Shown here piece after piece: positions 42,958 to 56,250 of a DNA stretch of 64,000 nt; within the stretch, counting starts at the first letter, position 1; each line of letters begins with the position of its first letter. The DNA lies in the NCBI GenBank assembly GCA_951406725.2, contig OX597825.1, forward strand, positions 56,420,001 through 56,484,000, read 5' to 3'. This DNA is from Octopus vulgaris. Taxonomy: Eukaryota. Made by a program: the position numbers and the translations under genes. The notes beneath the pieces are model-generated. The model ran no database searches, was not told the origin of the DNA, and saw only the letters and a program-made list of their open reading frames with translations.

Positions 42958-43731
42958 AGTTCAGCCAAAAAAATCTTTGCTTCACCACATACCGAAATTT
43001 AGAAATAGCAGCCAAAGTGACTAGCTATTTTTTCTACCGTAACAAATCTCCCAGATAACACATGCTCAAAAACAATTCACGTAGGCAGAGAAGAACGAAA
43101 TTCACTCGGCATCTGATTAACTGTGGACGCGTTTCGGAGTTAGATAGATATGAAAAATGCAAGAATCGCATTTCCATTCCAACCATTCTCGCTCTTCAGC
43201 ACAGTATTTCAGGATTTTAAATTTGAGAGCACTGAAAATATTGAACACCTATCCGATTCAAGTAACATTAGACAAACTATATCCAATGACCAGTACCAAC
43301 GGATTCAAAACATACGAATGAGGTCTCGTATTCTCCCTCTTCCACCCACGTGTGTTGTCGAGTAAAAAATTCTACAGAAAAAACAGTAGTTCATTATCAG
43401 GGAGAGAATTATATTATCAATAATAATAAAGGGTAAAATTAATTAATTTATTAATTAATTAATAATTAATAATTCCACCAAGTAGTATTCGGCATGTTAA
43501 AAGGGATCATTATCGGTAAACTTAAACAATATTTTTATAATTATGAGTATAATTATAATTAGGGTTCAGCATTCACCACATACCGAAATTTAAGAAATAG
43601 CAGCCAAAGAGACTAGCTATTTTTTCTACCGTAAGAAATCTCCCAGATAACACATACTCAAAAACAATTCACGTAGGCAGAGAGGAAAAACAACGAAATT
43701 CACTCGGCATTTGATCAACTATGGACGCGTT
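42958..43731 (-). repeat. Partial tandem repeat (unit about 598 nt), pLTR-like, directly 3' of the PLE coding region
   Basis: ttcaccacataccgaaattta...ggacgcgtt is present at about 42980-43132 and about 43572-43731. Confidence 0.85.
43120..43205 (-). ncRNA. Minimal type I hammerhead ribozyme, intact core
   Basis: actgtg-CTGAAGA-g(c)gag...long stem II...ctcc-GAAA-cgcg-TC-cacagt. 6-bp stem I, palindromic acgcgt stem III, GUC triplet. Confidence 0.85.
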
Positions 43732-44139
43732 AGTTGGTGGCCAAGATAATATGAGGGGGTAGGAGAGGAAAGGGGGGGATAGGAAGAGATAAGAATGTAT
43801 GGAGAATGTATGAGAAGTGGGATGTGGGGTGATGTTTGAAAGGAACTAAGGTGGAGGGATGGGTGCAGAAAATGGTACGGGGAGTTACTAATGTGAGTAG
43901 TAAACCTCAAAAAGGAAAGGAAGAATAAGATATAACGGCCAAGTTTCTGAAAATAGACGGAGGTGTTTATTGTAGTAGCTAATGTGATAGTGAGGATTGA
44001 GGAATCAGAGAGAGAGAGAGAGAGAAAGAAAGCAGTGTATACTGACATACGCAATGGAGATTTCCTAAGGGGTGGTCGGAATATGTACTGTGCGGCAACT
44101 TGGGTTGCATTTAGATTTGTGATAAAATTTGAAGTTATG

Positions 44140-46760
44140 AAAAAAAGCGGTGGATGAATGTACCTAGAGCCTCATTGTATTTATTTAAAAGTATTGAAGA
44201 GTTGTGCTTTAATATGTGGAATGCCTCTTTTAGGCATAATTTAGAGCTGAGTGTTGACACTGCTATGGAAACCCTAAATCTATTATGCACCATGACAAGG
44301 TATATGGAATATTTCTATTTTTAAGATGATGTATGTGGCTGGCGAGTGTTGTGGATTTACTGTTTCTCATATCTAAAAGAACTGAGATGCACAGCGTATA
44401 TATATGTGGTTGTAGAATTGTGTAACATGTTGAGGACGGTGCATTTATAAATTACGTTAAACCTTCTGCAATGGGTTTGTAGAGAGCAAATAGTCAGAGG
44501 GCGGAGGTTACATGGTAGTGCATTGTGGGGATTATTCTCAGGAATGGAGAAGGTAATACTGTCTAAGGAGAGGTTAGAGATGGTGTAGATTGGTCTATGT
44601 TATTAACATTATTATTACTATTATTAATACTATTTCTACCGTTGTTATTTACCGTATCTGTAATAGTGGTAGAAGTTGAGGTAGTAGTATTCTCATTAGT
44701 GTTAGTGGGATTGTTTGGGTTTTCATTGTGGTCTAAAATATGGGGTTCGATACTGGAGCTATGTATATGTTGGGCGCTCGTGTATTCAGGGTTGTTACAG
44801 TGTACGTTTTGACAATAGAAAGTTTTCGTCTATTAGAGGCTTTTATGATAGACTTAAAGTTTGGCGGGGAGGAGTAGGATAGCTTTAAGTTAGATCTATT
44901 AAACATAGAGTAATATTTATGTTGATGAGGTAAGTTGGAGTCCAGTATATTAAAAAAGAATTCAGCGAAGTTCTTAACCTTTAGAGAGAAGGGTAGGTGT
45001 ATACCATAGAATAGAGCGCCCACTGCATTTTTAGGTTACTTAGGGGTAGTGTAATCTATATTTTTAAAAATTCCTGGTGGGTTATATAGCCCGTTATTGT
45101 TAGCTGTATTAGCATTTGACTTAGTGTTATGTGTGTACCTATGGGGTCTAAGCTGTCTTAATCTGGGTTTTTCCGATTTCTAGTATAGTGTGTGTGTAGT
45201 CTGTTGTGATTCTGATGGTTGGCATGTCTTTATAATGTGATTTGAGATATATGTTACTTGAGCCTAGTATTAGAGATGTATTTTATTTGTTGGGAGAAGC
45301 TGCTGGCAGCGAGTGCTTGATTGTAATATGGGGCGTGGTTATAGAGTATTTCCTTAGTGGATGAGAGGTCTGAAATGCGAATCGAGATACCCTTAACTAT
45401 ATTATCAAAAGTGGAATTGTGGTTATTGGAATTAATGTTTAAATACTTAAGGTAGTAGTTAGGTTTGTGATATGAGGAGTATTGGGAGGTTTCTACGTTT
45501 CAAGTTACGTCTAAAAAAATTACGTGTTTTGTGGGAATTTTCAAAAGTAATAGAGAACAATTTGTGTAAATCTTTCATAACTCGTTTTAAAGAAGATTTA
45601 TTAACGCCCTTGGTAACTATCAAAGCGTCATCTCTGTAGAGGTCTCCCTTGATGTTACGGAAATGTATTTGGAGCTGTTGTATAGTCCAACAAGGTTGCT
45701 GACTTGGGCGGAGTCAGATGATCCCAGGGTAGTGTCAAATAAGTTGCTATGGTTATTGTTATTGTTATAGTGGTTAGCCCAGCACCAAAGTTTATCCCCG
45801 AAAGAAATAATGGTTTTACGGGCATTAAGAATGATGTTAATTTTTAGTGGGGTTAGGTTTGTTAGATTCCTAGCTAGAAGGAGAGCTTGATTAAGAAGTT
45901 TGGGAGAACTAGAAGAATAGTAATTAGTCATATCGAATTGTAGGAAAGAAGATGAGTTTTTGTTGTTTAAGAGATGGATCCATGTTATGATTTCACCTGT
46001 ACAGGACCATAATTTGACGTTCAATTTCTCCTTGACGATTGGTATTATTTTATCCAGAATATTTTTGCTTATTCCCCCCAGGTCGGATTTAATAGGGCAT
46101 ATGAGGTGTATAGATGGTTTAGTTATGAAGTCCTTCTTATGATCCTTAATGTTGAAGTGTGAAGATGTAGGACAGTAGTGTTCTGTGCGATGGTTTACGT
46201 GTAGTTTGTTCATAAGCTTACATTGGTTGGTGTTGATATTGACAATGGTAGATGTCGGTACCAGCTTATAAGACTTGTATAGTTCCTTCTTGACGAACTT
46301 GGTGTATTCCTCGATAGTAATAGGATGCATATTTCCCGTTTATCTGAGAAGACGTGCAATATAGGTGATGAAGTGATCCGTTTTACAGTTTAGGAAATAT
46401 TTTTTGGAAGGTGGGTTTATATTTAGAGAATTTAATGTTCCAAATCATATGAAGTATATCTGCTTCGAACTTGTCAAGTTGGGGATTGTCTGGAGTATGT
46501 TTATAGGATCGAAGATTGTATGTGTTGTTATTAACACTCCGGTTGTTACGGTTGCCGTGGAAGAAGGCTTTCCTACGCATTCTTCAGATGAGGTGAGTAG
46601 GAGTAAGAGGAAGGTTTGTTTTGAAGGAATATGTATGCCCTTAAAGGAGATGTCAAGGATTCGTTTATCCATTATATAAGTGTTACCTGTTACAAGTGCT
46701 TGTATTAGTAAGGAAGCAAAGGTATGGGAGGCATTGGTATTCAGAAGATCCAAGGTGGCA
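44140..46760 (-). pseudogene. Near full-length decayed Penelope-like element ORF (RT + linker + Cys motif + GIY-YIG), probably Naiad-type
   Basis: In order: MRRKAFF, FSDK(T)GNM (one-base frameshift), IKDHKKDF..PS..LICP.KSDLG.ISK.ILD, FLQFDMTNYY, FDTTLGSSDSAQVSNLVGLY, LYRDDAL, FLDVT, APYYNQAL, KLSYSSPPNFKSII, C..NVIYKCTV, STTLASHIHHLK. The clade call rests on recalled DKT/KDHK motifs and is inference. Confidence 0.9.
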
Positions 46761-46927
46761 GGTAAGGCGATGTAGCGCTATGGAAGAACCGTAGTTAAAC
46801 TCTCAGTTTGATAATAATACGAGTGAGGAGTCTAATGCGGGTCTTGTATGAGCATGTATATGTTAAATAAAATGAGACAACAAAGCCAAGGTTGTGTGGA
46901 ATTTTCAGGATATTATGTATATATATG

Positions 46928-46988
<61 letters not shown>

Positions 46989-47108
46989 CAATATAAGGAG
47001 TGGCCCTAATAGGCCATTCGACTCATTAGAAAGAGCAGCCAAACTCAAATCGCTAAATAGTTGTAATTCTGAAACTGAAAGAGAAATAAAAACATTTACC
47101 CTTTTTCA

Positions 47109-47203
47109 TCTCTGGACTATGCATAGTTTCGACAAACTTTGGTAAACAAATTAATTAAATTAAATTAAATTTATTTATAACCGGCGTCTCTCGTCAGCAG
47201 AGA
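47109..47203 (-). ncRNA. Type I hammerhead ribozyme (downstream copy)
   Basis: tctctg-CTGACGA-gaga...tgtc-GAAA-ctatgcatag-TC-cagaga. Confidence 0.85.
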
Positions 47204-47577
47204 AGCCGAGGACGAGTATATGTCCACGAGGCGACGGCAAAGAAGCCTCCAGTCTATATGCTCTAAATTTTCAAAATCCACTGCCACCGCGCGGTCTTCT
47301 CAGCAGCAAATATAAACTGCTGATTTAATTTCAAACTTAGCCAAAAAATCATTAATTAATAAATATAAGGGTAGCAAAAAAATTCTAGAAAAATTCTCCG
47401 CTACCAGCGGTCTAGTGAGAAAGAAAAGATAGTCAAAAACTATATAATATACATTCAACAACATAAGGAATGGCCCTAATAGGCCATTCCACTCACTAGA
47501 AAGACCAGCCAAACTCAAACCGCTAAATAGTTGTAATTCTGAAACTGAAAGAGAAATAAAAACATTTAGCCTTTTCA

Positions 47578-47672
47578 TCTCTGGACTATGCATAGTTTCG
47601 ACAAACTTTGGTAAACAAATTAATTAAATTAAATAAAATTTATTTACAACTGGCGTGTCTCATCAGCAGAGA
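47578..47672 (-). ncRNA. Type I hammerhead ribozyme (upstream copy), fully canonical
   Basis: tctctg-CTGATGA-gaca...tgtc-GAAA-ctatgcatag-TC-cagaga. Stem III actatgcatagt is a perfect 12-nt palindrome. Confidence 0.9.
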
Positions 47673-47802
47673 AGCCGAGGACGAGTATATGTCCACGAGG
47701 CGACGGCAAAGAGGCCTCCAGTCTATATGCTCTAAATTTTCAAAATCCACCGCCATCGGTAGAGGAGAATTTTTTCTAGAATTTTTTTGCTACCCTTATA
47801 TT

Positions 47803-47895
<93 letters not shown>

Positions 47896-47921
47896 TATTA
47901 TATACGCTCCTAAATGTGTAA

Positions 47922-48209
47922 AAGAAGAGGATAACTAGATCCAGCCGAAAAGCCATACGGAGAGAAGGGCTAGACATACAACTAGCCCACTACGGCCCCT
48001 CTCTGAGAGGACAACTCACTAAAAAACAAATAAGGGATAGCAATCAATGTACACTCACAAACTGTCCCATCCGTGACACAGATTTATGCCAACGGGTAAA
48101 TGCTGTGTATAGAATACAATGTAACGAATGCAGCAAGTTCTATGTGGGTAAAACGGCAAGACCGTTACACGTCCGCATCAAAGAACATCTGAACACGAGA
48201 GCTTCCTAG
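47922..48209 (+). pseudogene. GIY-YIG endonuclease fragment of a second PLE lineage (absent from the ORF track: no start codon)
   Basis: Stop-to-stop frame: RKAIRREGLDIQLAHYGPSLRGQL...CTLTNCPIRDTDLCQRVNAVYRIQCNECSKFYVGKTARPLHVRIKEHLN. Confidence 0.85.
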
Positions 48210-48408
48210 AAAACCGATTATAACAGCGACTCCATCTAAGAATATCGGAAGAAGGAATACAATTCCGAAATATCACATCAGACTATGGATAACTAAATTA
48301 CAACAGGTAAATAGCCCATTGCCTATATTATAGTGCATCGTTGTACCATTCAAAATTTTTTATTCTTTACAAACAATACACAATGCTTCAAGCGAACTAC
48401 AATACTCT

Positions 48409-48449
<41 letters not shown>

Positions 48450-48450
<1 letters not shown>

Positions 48451-48612
48451 ACGGCCTTCTTTCAGTTTCCATCTACCAAATCCACTCACATGGCCTTGGT
48501 CCGCCCGAGGCTATAGTAGAAGACACTTGCCCAAGGTACCACGCAGTGGGACTGGACTCGGAACTATGTGGCTGGTAAGCAAGCTATTTACCACATAGCT
48601 ACTCCTGTGCCT
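48450..48612 (-). mobile_element. tRNA-derived SINE family C
   Basis: Minus strand contains cccactgcgtggtaccttgggcaagtgtcttctactatagcctcgggcgg (CORE-like accttgggcaagt). Confidence 0.8.
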
Positions 48613-48885
48613 ATATACTTATAAATTTGAGTGTGCATGTGTGTGTGTATGTCTAATTTTACGTTTGTGCGTGTCTCGCTTCATACAGCAGACTTAGCGT
48701 TTTGGTATATATACTGTGATCAGTTTTGAATGTTAATCCAGATAAATGCGTATTCTATTTGCTATTGTATACGTGTGTATGTGTATGATATATCAGAGAA
48801 TATCAAACAGACAAACAGACAACCAGACAGAAACGCAGAGACACTGGCAGATAAACAGACAAAAGACAGTCAGACAGACAGATAC

Positions 48886-48964
<79 letters not shown>

Positions 48965-48987
48965 TACATACAGACAGACAGACAGAC

Positions 48988-49214
<227 letters not shown>

Positions 49215-49314
49215 AAAAATAAGAGGAATGCAGAGAAATGAATCTGATTGACCGAGATATAGACAGTAAGAGACTGAGGGAAGGGCAATTCTTGTATTGA
49301 GTGTTTGTGTGTTA

Positions 49315-49354
<40 letters not shown>

Positions 49355-49373
49355 TGTGTGTGCATGTGTGTGT

Positions 49374-49410
<37 letters not shown>

Positions 49411-50009
49411 TGTTTGTAAGCGATTAAACGAATGTTTGTTTATACGAAACAATATTCATTTTTTATTTTTCTAATGATAGACATAGAATATATGCAAATA
49501 GAACGGAATAAAAGAAAATCTGGCCCGCTTACCACAATGAAAAACAAAATATAACACAGACCTCCATCACATATATCTGTTATGGTCATGCTTAAATAGT
49601 TATACACTTGAATAGCAGCATTAAATGTCCTTTTCTGTTTGAATTTTTTTTTCTTATTTTTCATGATTGTCTATTGAATTTTTTTTCATCTGTTATTTGA
49701 GGGAAAATATTTATTGCGTATAACTATAGGCACATATAATGTACTTATATTCATATGTATTCGGATGCGTGAGTGCTATACTTATACAAGGAAAGAGAGA
49801 GAGGATATGAGGAGTTTTCGTCAGGATGACTCAACCTTAATAGGTATGCGTTCTGAGTGCTCAAATAGGTATGCCATCAAAATTCCAGTTAGACCAGCAT
49901 TTGAAGTTGGGGTTGCGTGATTCTCTTGTTTAAAAAAAGACTAATGATGGCTCCCCTTTCAGTCATTAGGTATTGGTTAAATCAGTGATGAAAAGCAAGC
50001 AATTCGTCA

Positions 50010-50160
50010 AGGCAGGGCAGAGACATTTGATTTCGTTTAATTCAATCTAAAAAGTTTTGCTACATAACGGAGTGGTAAAAATAGTACCACTCGTTACGTA
50101 CCAATATTCTAAGAATATTTTAGATTCAGGTAAATAAAATCAAATACGTTTGTCCTGCCT
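50010..50160. repeat. About 150-bp imperfect foldback
   Basis: aggcagggca..atttgattt..aatctaaaa..tacataacggagtggta pairs with taccactcgttacgta..ttttagatt..aaatcaaat..tgtcctgcct. Confidence 0.75.
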
Positions 50161-50204
50161 TTCTTACCTTTCCTCACTACTTTAACCTGTACATATATGT
50201 GTGC

Positions 50205-50269
<65 letters not shown>

Positions 50270-50288
50270 TGTCTGTGTGAAGTCAAGA

Positions 50289-50468
50289 CGCCATGATAGA
50301 TCGTTAGCTACTACACACATTTTTTTCTCTCCTTGTTTTTTCTGTGTATCTTTCTGTCGAAGAACGTAGGCTCGAAACGTAAAAGACTTTTTCTATTCCT
50401 GAGCGCTATACTAATTTTGTTTGTATTCCCCCTGCCTTCGTCTTTTGTTTATTTTCGTAAACTTTTCC

Positions 50469-50470
<2 letters not shown>
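50289..50470 (+). mobile_element. Repeat family B copy with HHR-like motif (50349-50386)
   Basis: tcttt-CTGTCGA-a-gaac(gtag)gctc-GAAA-cg-TA-aaaga. Confidence 0.75.
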
Positions 50471-50509
<39 letters not shown>

Positions 50510-50551
50510 TAAATGAAAAATGGAAGATGGAATATATGAGAATTTATCATT

Positions 50552-50648
50552 AATCACAATTGTTTTGACACAGCTAGCATCGATCCCTCACAGGTGGGAC
50601 ACTGGTTCAGGAGCATCCGGCGGTGTAGATGTGTCTCATCGGGTGATA
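50552..50648 (-). ncRNA. Degenerate hammerhead-like motif with CCGAUGA core and long stem II insert
   Basis: atcac-CCGATGA-gacac...gtgtc-AAAA-caattg-tgat. G12 is mutated and the cleavage triplet appears deleted. Confidence 0.45.
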
Positions 50649-50834
50649 AATAGACAAAATTGGTTAAAATAACAGTTCCGCAATGTATCTTCTCATTTCG
50701 TAGAAAGAAAAGCAGTAAAACGAACGAAATGTGTGTGTGTGATTATATATACACACACCCACATGCATACATAAAATACATACATATTATATATTTACAT
50801 ATATACATGCATATATAGTGTGATAGATAATCTG

Positions 50835-51430
50835 TAATGTTGTTTGTACTGACAGAGAACGCCTTGTCAACCCTCTTTATAAAATGCCAAGGCTACACTT
50901 TAGGATATACAGAAAAGAATAAAATTAATATCACTCGCGAATTTTTTTTTTTTTTTGATGACCTAAAGTTGTTTTCTGGTAATATGATCAACATCAAGAG
51001 AAAGAACAAGCTCCAACATTGTTACGTGATATAAGAATGTAGTTGGGGCAAGATAAATGCTCACGCATGTTACTCAACCGAGGAAAGATTGGTGACAAGA
51101 CAGAGAACATCAACGGGCTCCTCTATCTCCCCTATCTTTAATGATATAAACTACAAGTACATCGGAATCGATGAGAATATAGCATACGTTGATGCTGTAA
51201 CTAAAGCAAGAATACCGTTAGACTACTTATGTAGGCTCCGGAAACTATGGAACTCAGAGCTATCTGCATTTTACAAGACTATATCTTACAATGGTTTTGC
51301 AATGCCTGAACTAATACCAACGTTTGAGATACTGGACCAGGCACTCAATAAGATGCGCAGCCCGACATTAAAACCAGAAAGGTACTGACCACCACTGGCA
51401 ACTTCCACTTTAGCTGTCTCTATGTACGCT
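50835..51430 (+). pseudogene. RT fragment of an R4/Dong-like non-LTR retrotransposon
   Basis: LFVL..NALS.L..K..GYTLG..NIT..FFFDDLKLF, GQDKC, YKYIGIDE, RLRKLWNSELSAFYKTISYNGFAMPELIPTF. Confidence 0.7.
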
Positions 51431-51752
51431 TGCATAATATTCAGAAACGAAGATATCGCTTAAAACCAAATATGAAACGACTCGATGACTCGCACCTCAC
51501 AGAGAAGATTTATTTAGCTTTTATTATGAGAAGTACTTGACAAATCCCACTGAAGTTATTCTCTGCTGTCTATCAAGAAAGGTAATGTAGAAAAGTAGGA
51601 AGTTGAACTGAAGCTGTTCTTAAATTCTTTCTTTTCCTTTTCTCATTTCTTCTGAGAATAACGGTATATAGATTATGTGAACTTGCGTTCAAGGGAGAGG
51701 AATGATTGCGGTGGTATATCTGAGTGACGTCGAACACTTTTCCTCTTTGCAT

Positions 51753-51815
<63 letters not shown>

Positions 51816-51923
51816 TTATCTATCTATCTATCTATCTTTCATTCTCTCTCTATTTCCCACTCTTTCTCTCCCTCTCTCTTACATAATTGGATAGACACAA
51901 AGCATGAAAAAACACATCAAGAA

Positions 51924-52008
<85 letters not shown>

Positions 52009-52010
<2 letters not shown>

Positions 52011-52195
52011 CGAGCTGGCACAAACGTTAGCACGCCGGGCGAAATGCGTTGCCGTATTTCGTCTGCCATTACGTTCTGAGTTCAAATTCCGCCGAGGTCG
52101 ATAAATTAAGTACCACATACGCACTGGGGTCGATGTAATCGACTTAATTCGTTTGTTTGTCCCCTCTGTGTTTAGCACCTTGTGGGTAGTAAAGA
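52009..52195 (+). mobile_element. tRNA-derived SINE family A (with 5' head)
   Basis: ggcgagcTGGCACAAACGTTAGcacgccgggcgaaatgcg...gaGTTCAAATTCCgccgaggtcgataaattaagtacc. The head alone recurs at about 30432-30488. Confidence 0.85.
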
Positions 52196-52250
<55 letters not shown>

Positions 52251-52757
52251 AGAGAAAGTATGGATTCAAGTAAAAGGGAGAGATGGCAGTGGTTTGAAAT
52301 CCAGATCATATGATCAGTGGAGGTAAGAGACTGTAAGGAGAGCTGAACAGCAGAAGAACCCCCTCATGCAAATGTTCCTGCCCTTAACTCCTCACACACT
52401 AAGAGGGCCGGACCGCTTCCAAGTTATGACCCCTAGATTCCACTGCTGCTTCATGACTCCCAGGTCTCATCGTTATGCTATTATCTACATTGCAACCTTG
52501 TTGCATAGTTAAGGTACCCCTGGTCCATGGTAGTTTGAATGTTATAAACAGTCAGTTAAAGACACCAGTTGAATGTATTGCAAAGTATATCTTTTGAAAT
52601 TCACTTCCCTTCTTCCGTGACTAGATGCGGTTGGAACTCTTCTTAGTTGCTTCTGCCTTTATCTTAAGAGATCTGGTTCTCTTTCTCTCAGAAGTTCGGA
52701 GCCGCTTAATGAGATCAGATGCAGATTTACCCGCAAACTCTTTCTTTTGTATTAAAT

Positions 52758-52999
52758 AAGTGGTTCTCAGGCATTTTTTGTCTGTGAATCCCTTTGATTC
52801 CTATATTACTCTCGTGAGCCATTCAGCGTTTTAAAAATCCTATTATATTTTTAAAACTGATTATTATGAGAAATTATATAAAAATATAAAAATATTTTGT
52901 TTATTGTTCATGTATGATCAATGTATTACACATGATGTTTTACGAATTATTCTTGTATGAAACCCGAAGGGCCTTATGGACCCCTGTTGAGAAACACTA
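52758..52999. mobile_element. Old hAT MITE
   Basis: Ends agtggttctca / tgagaaacact; 8-bp flanks tattaaat / tattaagt. Confidence 0.65.
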
Positions 53000-53452
53000 T
53001 ATTAAGTGAATAAATGAACTTAGATTTTCTCTATTACTTAATGTAAGCAATATTGAAAATGCTTCATTCATATTAATATTAAATAACATGCTATTATATG
53101 TTAATACACTGTTTGTCTCTAAATTGCAAACGACTGGTATTTAGTGAGAGTCCATGTGTTCGTTATGCATCCATCTGCTAATCTCCTGTGATATATTTAT
53201 GTATAATATATGTGTGTGTGCGTGTGTAAAAATATTGAATGAGTTAGAGTCACAAGAAGGAATACATCTTCCTTCCTGTTGACTCTAACTTATGCAATTT
53301 CATTATCACACATTACGTGTGTCAAAGTCTAGACTTAGAAGTATATCGTAATACTTCCAGCTATTCGGTAATTCTTAGGGTGAAAGAGCTATATTACTGT
53401 ACTCTGCTACGTTCTTAACGGAATATACTTTATTTATATGCGTGTGTGAATG

Positions 53453-53563
<111 letters not shown>

Positions 53564-53817
53564 GTATGCGTGTGTTATTCTTTAACAAGAATATTATTTA
53601 TAGTGGCTTCGACGTTTTAGCCACCTACTTCAAAATCACAATCAATGCTATTCTTGCTAAAGAATAATAAATTTGTAGTGTACCAAATATAAAATTGCTT
53701 GTATTGTAACATGAGAACAAAGATATATATATATATAAATATGTATACATACATGCATATAGATTGATAGATAGACATAAATATATATACAAATATAAAT
53801 ATATATATATGTGTGTA

Positions 53818-53902
<85 letters not shown>

Positions 53903-53903
53903 A

Positions 53904-53971
<68 letters not shown>

Positions 53972-54309
53972 ATATATACATATATAAACCGCTAACGATT
54001 TTCTGATTTCCACAACAAAATTTCTGATGATTTTGGTAACGACTGCTTTTAAAATAATTTTAATTATTTAATTATTTAATTATGCATCATATTAATATTG
54101 TTAAAACATTTAATAATGTTTATCTTAATAAAACACCTGTCGAGCATAATTAAAGAAATGAACTACGTAAAATTTGTTTTTGCTATGTTGCCTATTATGC
54201 GTATACATATATATATATATATAGACATATACATATGTATACAAACATATACATACATATATATATATACATATATAACATATACATGTATACATATGCA
54301 TGCATACAT

Positions 54310-54392
<83 letters not shown>

Positions 54393-55295
54393 GTATGTAT
54401 GTATCTATATATATATGTATGTATCTGCAAGTCGATCCCTCTTAGATTTACTGCAAAGTAATAACATAGCAGAGTTTAACGACCTGCAATTAACTGAGCT
54501 CTTAATTACCGTTGATATATTTTTTTGATGTTTATACACCAATACTTTGTATGAATACATATCTGCGTGTATGTATGTATGTATGTATGTATGTATGCAT
54601 AAGGGTTTTTATATGTATGTTTGTGTGTGCATGTGTGTGTGTATGTATGTTTTTAATTTTTTTTTAACCGGTATAGAAGAACAAGCACATAAATACACTT
54701 CGTTACAATGTTTTTCTTGAAGGACCTTGTATGAAACATCATAGTGAATTTAATTATGTGGGAGTGTCTTCGGCATTTCATGTGGATTTCTGCCATTTCT
54801 TAAAAGAATATTTTGTACGACTTAATTATTAAACTATAAAAAACAAGGATTTCACTAAACAAATTTTGTGTAATTATTGCCAGAGGTATTACCAGTAATA
54901 CACTTAATTTCTTTGGTCTATTAGTTTTCATTTGTACATGTAGGTGTGTCAGTCTGCACATATACATACAGACACGTACACGCACAAACACACACACACG
55001 CACATACGTATGTATCTATATTTGTATATATGCATACATTTTATAAGTGTGTGTTTATATATATTTTCTTTTCACATCAAAGAATATATAAAAAGGCCAA
55101 ATTGAAATATCGATCTATAACTGAACATCTTTAATTTTGAAGAGGGAAGGATTGACAGTGACTTCGAAATTTTTACTCCCTAACCGTCATTATTCGGATT
55201 TATAAGATGAAACCTCGAGGTCGTTGTTTACATTTTCCTTGAGAAAATTATGTACACGTGTATGTGTGCAGTGTTGCAAATAAATAAGTAACAAC

Positions 55296-55386
<91 letters not shown>

Positions 55387-55387
55387 T

Positions 55388-55506
<119 letters not shown>

Positions 55507-56205
55507 TATTTGATTCGGCCTTTTATTTCTTGATCATGAATGTTTCTTCTGACAAATGTAACAGTTTATGACAAAGAGAGATAATTCCGTTATGTAATAT
55601 TACATTAATAATCTTTGAATCCGTAGGTTCTAAGAACAAGGCTCTAAATAAGGAATTCTTCTTCTAAAGTGCACATTTGTTTAGTGGATGTTGCAAACAG
55701 GAAGTGACGTTTAGACATAATCCGAGAGTCTACTTTATTATAACTTACTTTAATATTGTAGAACAATTAAATTACTGTTCTAATATGATTTACTGAATAC
55801 GATATATATTTTTGTAGACGGCTTACACCATAATTGTAACAAAATACCATTTTTAAAAATTGTTAAATTAAATTATGTCAAAGTAAAATCTTTGTAATGG
55901 TAGATTTTTTTAAACTTTTAACAATGTAACGTAAACTAAATTTGTTATATTTTGCAAAATAATTAACTCTATAGGTTTTTCTTGCTTTTTTATTTAGGTT
56001 TGTTTCCATTTTTCTATGTTTTCTTTTAATAAATCTTTCTTTCTATTTCACTCATTAAATAATATAGTATTTAGCTTTAATTTTTATAGAAGACTTTGTT
56101 TAGAACAGATTAATGAAAATAAATTGTCTACAAAAGAAACAAATGCACGCCTCGTTGTCTGATTCAGCGGTCAATTTGATTGCTGTTTTCCCGAAATTAT
56201 TCCTT

Positions 56206-56250
<45 letters not shown>

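Larger units (their letters stand above)
46983..47803 (-). mobile_element. Non-coding retrozyme/mini-PLE: about 1.65 tandem units of 469-470 bp plus a 40-bp inverted 5' piece, inserted in (TA)n
   Basis: 46983-47288 repeats at 47453-47758; 47361-47400 is inverted at 47764-47803; each repeat carries an HHR. Confidence 0.85.
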
